IMG/VR virus record: IMGVR_UViG_2671180432_000011
Reading direction: 5' to 3' (one strand)
Source of the DNA: a virus
Taxonomy: Duplodnaviria > Heunggongvirae > Uroviricota > Caudoviricetes
DNA: 9,574 bases
This document shows, one piece after another, positions 8,051-9,574 of this stretch (its first letter is position 1; the number at the start of each line of letters is the position of its first letter). The position numbers and the translations under genes are program-made. The notes under the pieces are model-generated. The model was not told the origin of the DNA and ran no database searches. It saw only the letters and a program-made list of their open reading frames with translations.

Positions 8051-8245
8051 ATGAGTACAGTCCTTTCCCCAATGGTTTCAGAATTTGAGACAGTTGAGCA
8101 AGAAAATAGTTACAACGAATGGCTGCGGGCCAAAGTAGCAGCAAGCCTCGCGGATCCCCGCCCGGCGATTCCGCATGATGAGGTAATGGCGGAAATGGAA
8201 CAAATTATTGCCCAAATTGCTGCTGCAACTCACAGAGGTGAATAA
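8051..8245 (+). CDS. paaA: PaaA-like antitoxin of a ParE-family toxin, 64 aa
   Basis: RBS AGGAG at 8036-8040. The sequence 'LSPMVSEFETVEQENSYNEWLRAKVAASLADPRPAIPHDEV' closely resembles PaaA2 as I recall it. The stop overlaps the toxin start (TAATG). Confidence 0.7.
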   Translation: MSTVLSPMVSEFETVEQENSYNEWLRAKVAASLADPRPAIPHDEVMAEMEQIIAQIAAATHRGE

Positions 8246-8535
8246 TGTTACCCGTTTTATGGCTACCATCTGCTCGTGATGATTTGCGCCAGATCGTAGC
8301 CTACATAGCTAAAGAAAATCCCGCGGCAGCACGCAGAATGAAAATTCGAATTGAAACATCCGTTTTGCCGCTCACAGAGCATCCTTACCTGTATCCTCCA
8401 AGCGAGCGAGTTCTTGGTCTTCGTGAAATTGTAACTCATCCTAACTACATCATCCTTTACCGAGTAACAGCATCAAGCATAGAAGTAGTAAATATTGTGC
8501 ATTCTCGAAGACAGTATCCAGGCAAAAACAGTTAA
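8245..8535 (+). CDS. parE: ParE-family toxin (RelE/ParE superfamily), 96 aa
   Basis: ParE signatures 'LWLPSARDDLRQIVAYIAKENPAAA' and 'REIVTHPNYIILYRV...IEVVNIVHSRRQYP'. 1-nt start/stop overlap with the antitoxin gene. Confidence 0.85.
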   Translation: MLPVLWLPSARDDLRQIVAYIAKENPAAARRMKIRIETSVLPLTEHPYLYPPSERVLGLREIVTHPNYIILYRVTASSIEVVNIVHSRRQYPGKNS

Positions 8536-8551
8536 TTATTCCCGCCGACAG

Positions 8552-8577
8552 AACCACCTTAGGGTGGTTTTTTCTTG
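8552..8577 (+). terminator. Rho-independent terminator of the paaR-paaA-parE operon
   Basis: Stem AACCACC (8552-8558), loop TTAG, stem GGTGGTT (8563-8569), then a T-tract TTTTTTCTT, starting 17 nt after the parE stop. Confidence 0.6.
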
Positions 8578-8591
8578 CCCCAACAAAAAAC

Positions 8592-8606
8592 AATAGCGAT
8601 GCTATT
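8592..8606. promoter_or_regulatory. Second operator-like palindrome AATAGC-GAT-GCTATT, embedded in a 10-bp inverted repeat (AAACAATAGC 8588-8597 / GCTATTGTTT 8628-8637); GATGCTATT repeats at 8625-8633
   Basis: Read directly. Same AATAGY-GAT-RCTATT architecture as 7481-7495. Confidence 0.45.
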
Positions 8607-8814
8607 TACATCAAAAAAAATAATGATGCTATTGTTTCAGGCGTCAACCCACCCCGCCCCACAGAATGCAGGGCAATACTTCGAGTTACCAGACAGTGGT
8701 CAGGGGTTAAGTAGCCAGCCCGAGGCGTAAGAACATGACGGCAGGGTTCAATCTTTAACTATGCAGCAGGTTTTTTGTTCCGCCACCCCGGCGTTAAGGG
8801 GAAATGAGGTCAGC

Positions 8815-8967
8815 ATGGATACTATCGATCTTGGCAACAACGAATCTCTGGTGTGCGGCGTGTTCCCTAACCAGGATGGAACGTTTACCGCCATGACGTA
8901 TACCAAAAGCAAAACGTTTAAAACCGAATCTGGCGCGCGTTGCTGGTTAGCCAGAAACACTGACTGA
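8815..8967 (+). CDS. Small hypothetical protein, 50 aa (MDTIDLGNNESLVCGVFPNQDG...)
   Basis: ATG at 8815 with GAGG 5 nt upstream. The track's longer start at 8761 lacks an RBS. The position matches small early-leftward prophage genes. Confidence 0.4.
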   Translation: MDTIDLGNNESLVCGVFPNQDGTFTAMTYTKSKTFKTESGARCWLARNTD

Positions 8968-9344
8968 TGAGGCTGACGATGGAATTTAAAGATTTACCGT
9001 CTGATGTACAGAAAACAGCAGCTCATACATTGCATTCTGTGCTGCGAGAAATCGGGAAAGATATTGCAAGCGAGCCAGCAAAAGATCTGGCCCGGAAAAT
9101 CAAGACCGCTTTCGTTGAGCTTTATAATGTTGGCACTGACTCTGAAACTGTCGAGACCAAGACCGTAAGTTCACCAATATTCTCACTTGAGCCAAGCGTA
9201 TTATCAGGTGAAATATGCACCGAGATTTCCAGCGAACTGCTTCCGGTAATACGAGAAGCAATTCGCCGTCGCGGTTTGGATGGAAGTTATGATCATGACG
9301 TTCTGCAAGTTCTCAGGACAATGGTGACTTCACTGGGGATTTGA
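8967..9344 (+). CDS. Hypothetical protein, about 121-125 aa
   Basis: ATG at 8967 overlaps the upstream TGA (TGATG); an alternative ATG at 8979 has GAGG at a 6-nt spacing. No motif recognised. Confidence 0.55.
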   Translation: MRLTMEFKDLPSDVQKTAAHTLHSVLREIGKDIASEPAKDLARKIKTAFVELYNVGTDSETVETKTVSSPIFSLEPSVLSGEICTEISSELLPVIREAIRRRGLDGSYDHDVLQVLRTMVTSLGI

Positions 9345-9574
9345 TCCCTGCGTCCTCTAAGCTTTTGATATAGCGGTCCTCCAAGAAGCGGTAAATTTTG
9401 TCGAAATCATCTTTTCCCTCTGGTTTATTCAGAGGATTACAGGACCCGTAAGTAGCGGCATACATTTCAACCGTTTGGTAATGACTCCAACTTATTGATA
9501 GTGTTTTATGTTCAGATAATGCCCGATGACTTTGTCATGCAGCTCCACCGATTTTGAGAACGACAGCGACTTCC

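Larger units (their letters stand above)
3113..9574. mobile_element. Lambdoid (Rac/CP-933P-like) prophage early region: immunity switch, replication module and downstream small genes; continues beyond the window
   Basis: Gene order is Cro-like / CII-position / O-position initiator / DnaC-like on one strand and an HTH repressor plus toxin-antitoxin on the other, separated by an operator-bearing divergent intergenic region. Confidence 0.7.

Noticed and set aside
8741-8760. tRNA T-loop-like 'GGTTCAATC'
   Set aside because: No flanking complementary stems and no acceptor or anticodon arm could be folded; not a tRNA.
8748-8960. Minus-strand 70-aa ORF
   Set aside because: Antisense to the RBS-supported plus-strand small gene; no RBS of its own.
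9339-9353. Short hairpin GGGAT-TTG-ATCCC at the stop of the last plus-strand gene
   Set aside because: 5-bp stem with no following T-tract; not a convincing terminator.
9492-9574. Possible 3' end of a minus-strand gene (26 codons open to the edge) or 5' end of a plus-strand gene (ATG at 9526)
   Set aside because: Too short and ambiguous to call; both readings are equally unsupported.

Overview
The window reads as the early/immunity region of a lambdoid (Rac/CP-933P-like) enterobacterial prophage with an AT-richer restriction-modification cassette at its left end. Three N-runs (3887-4136, 5439-5688, 7018-7278) hide parts of several genes; ORF-track entries that run through them are artefacts. 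From left to right: (i) a minus-strand two-gene operon, a gamma-class N6-adenine DNA methyltransferase (1280-3112) overlapping by ATGA a 360-aa candidate restriction endonuclease (201-1283), bracketed by an imperfect 17-bp direct repeat; (ii) a minus-strand block of phage genes: a zinc-ribbon/coiled-coil protein, small proteins interrupted by a mask, a two-winged-helix protein, a DnaC-like helicase loader, an O-position replication initiator carrying phased iteron-like repeats, a YdaT/CII-position protein and a Cro-like HTH protein; (iii) a divergent promoter/operator region (7420-7530); (iv) a plus-strand three-gene operon matching the PaaR-PaaA-ParE three-component toxin-antitoxin architecture, followed by a clean intrinsic terminator; (v) a second operator-like region and two small coupled plus-strand genes. 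No rRNA, tRNA or CRISPR array was seen. All functional calls come from motifs and gene order read by eye; no database search was run.
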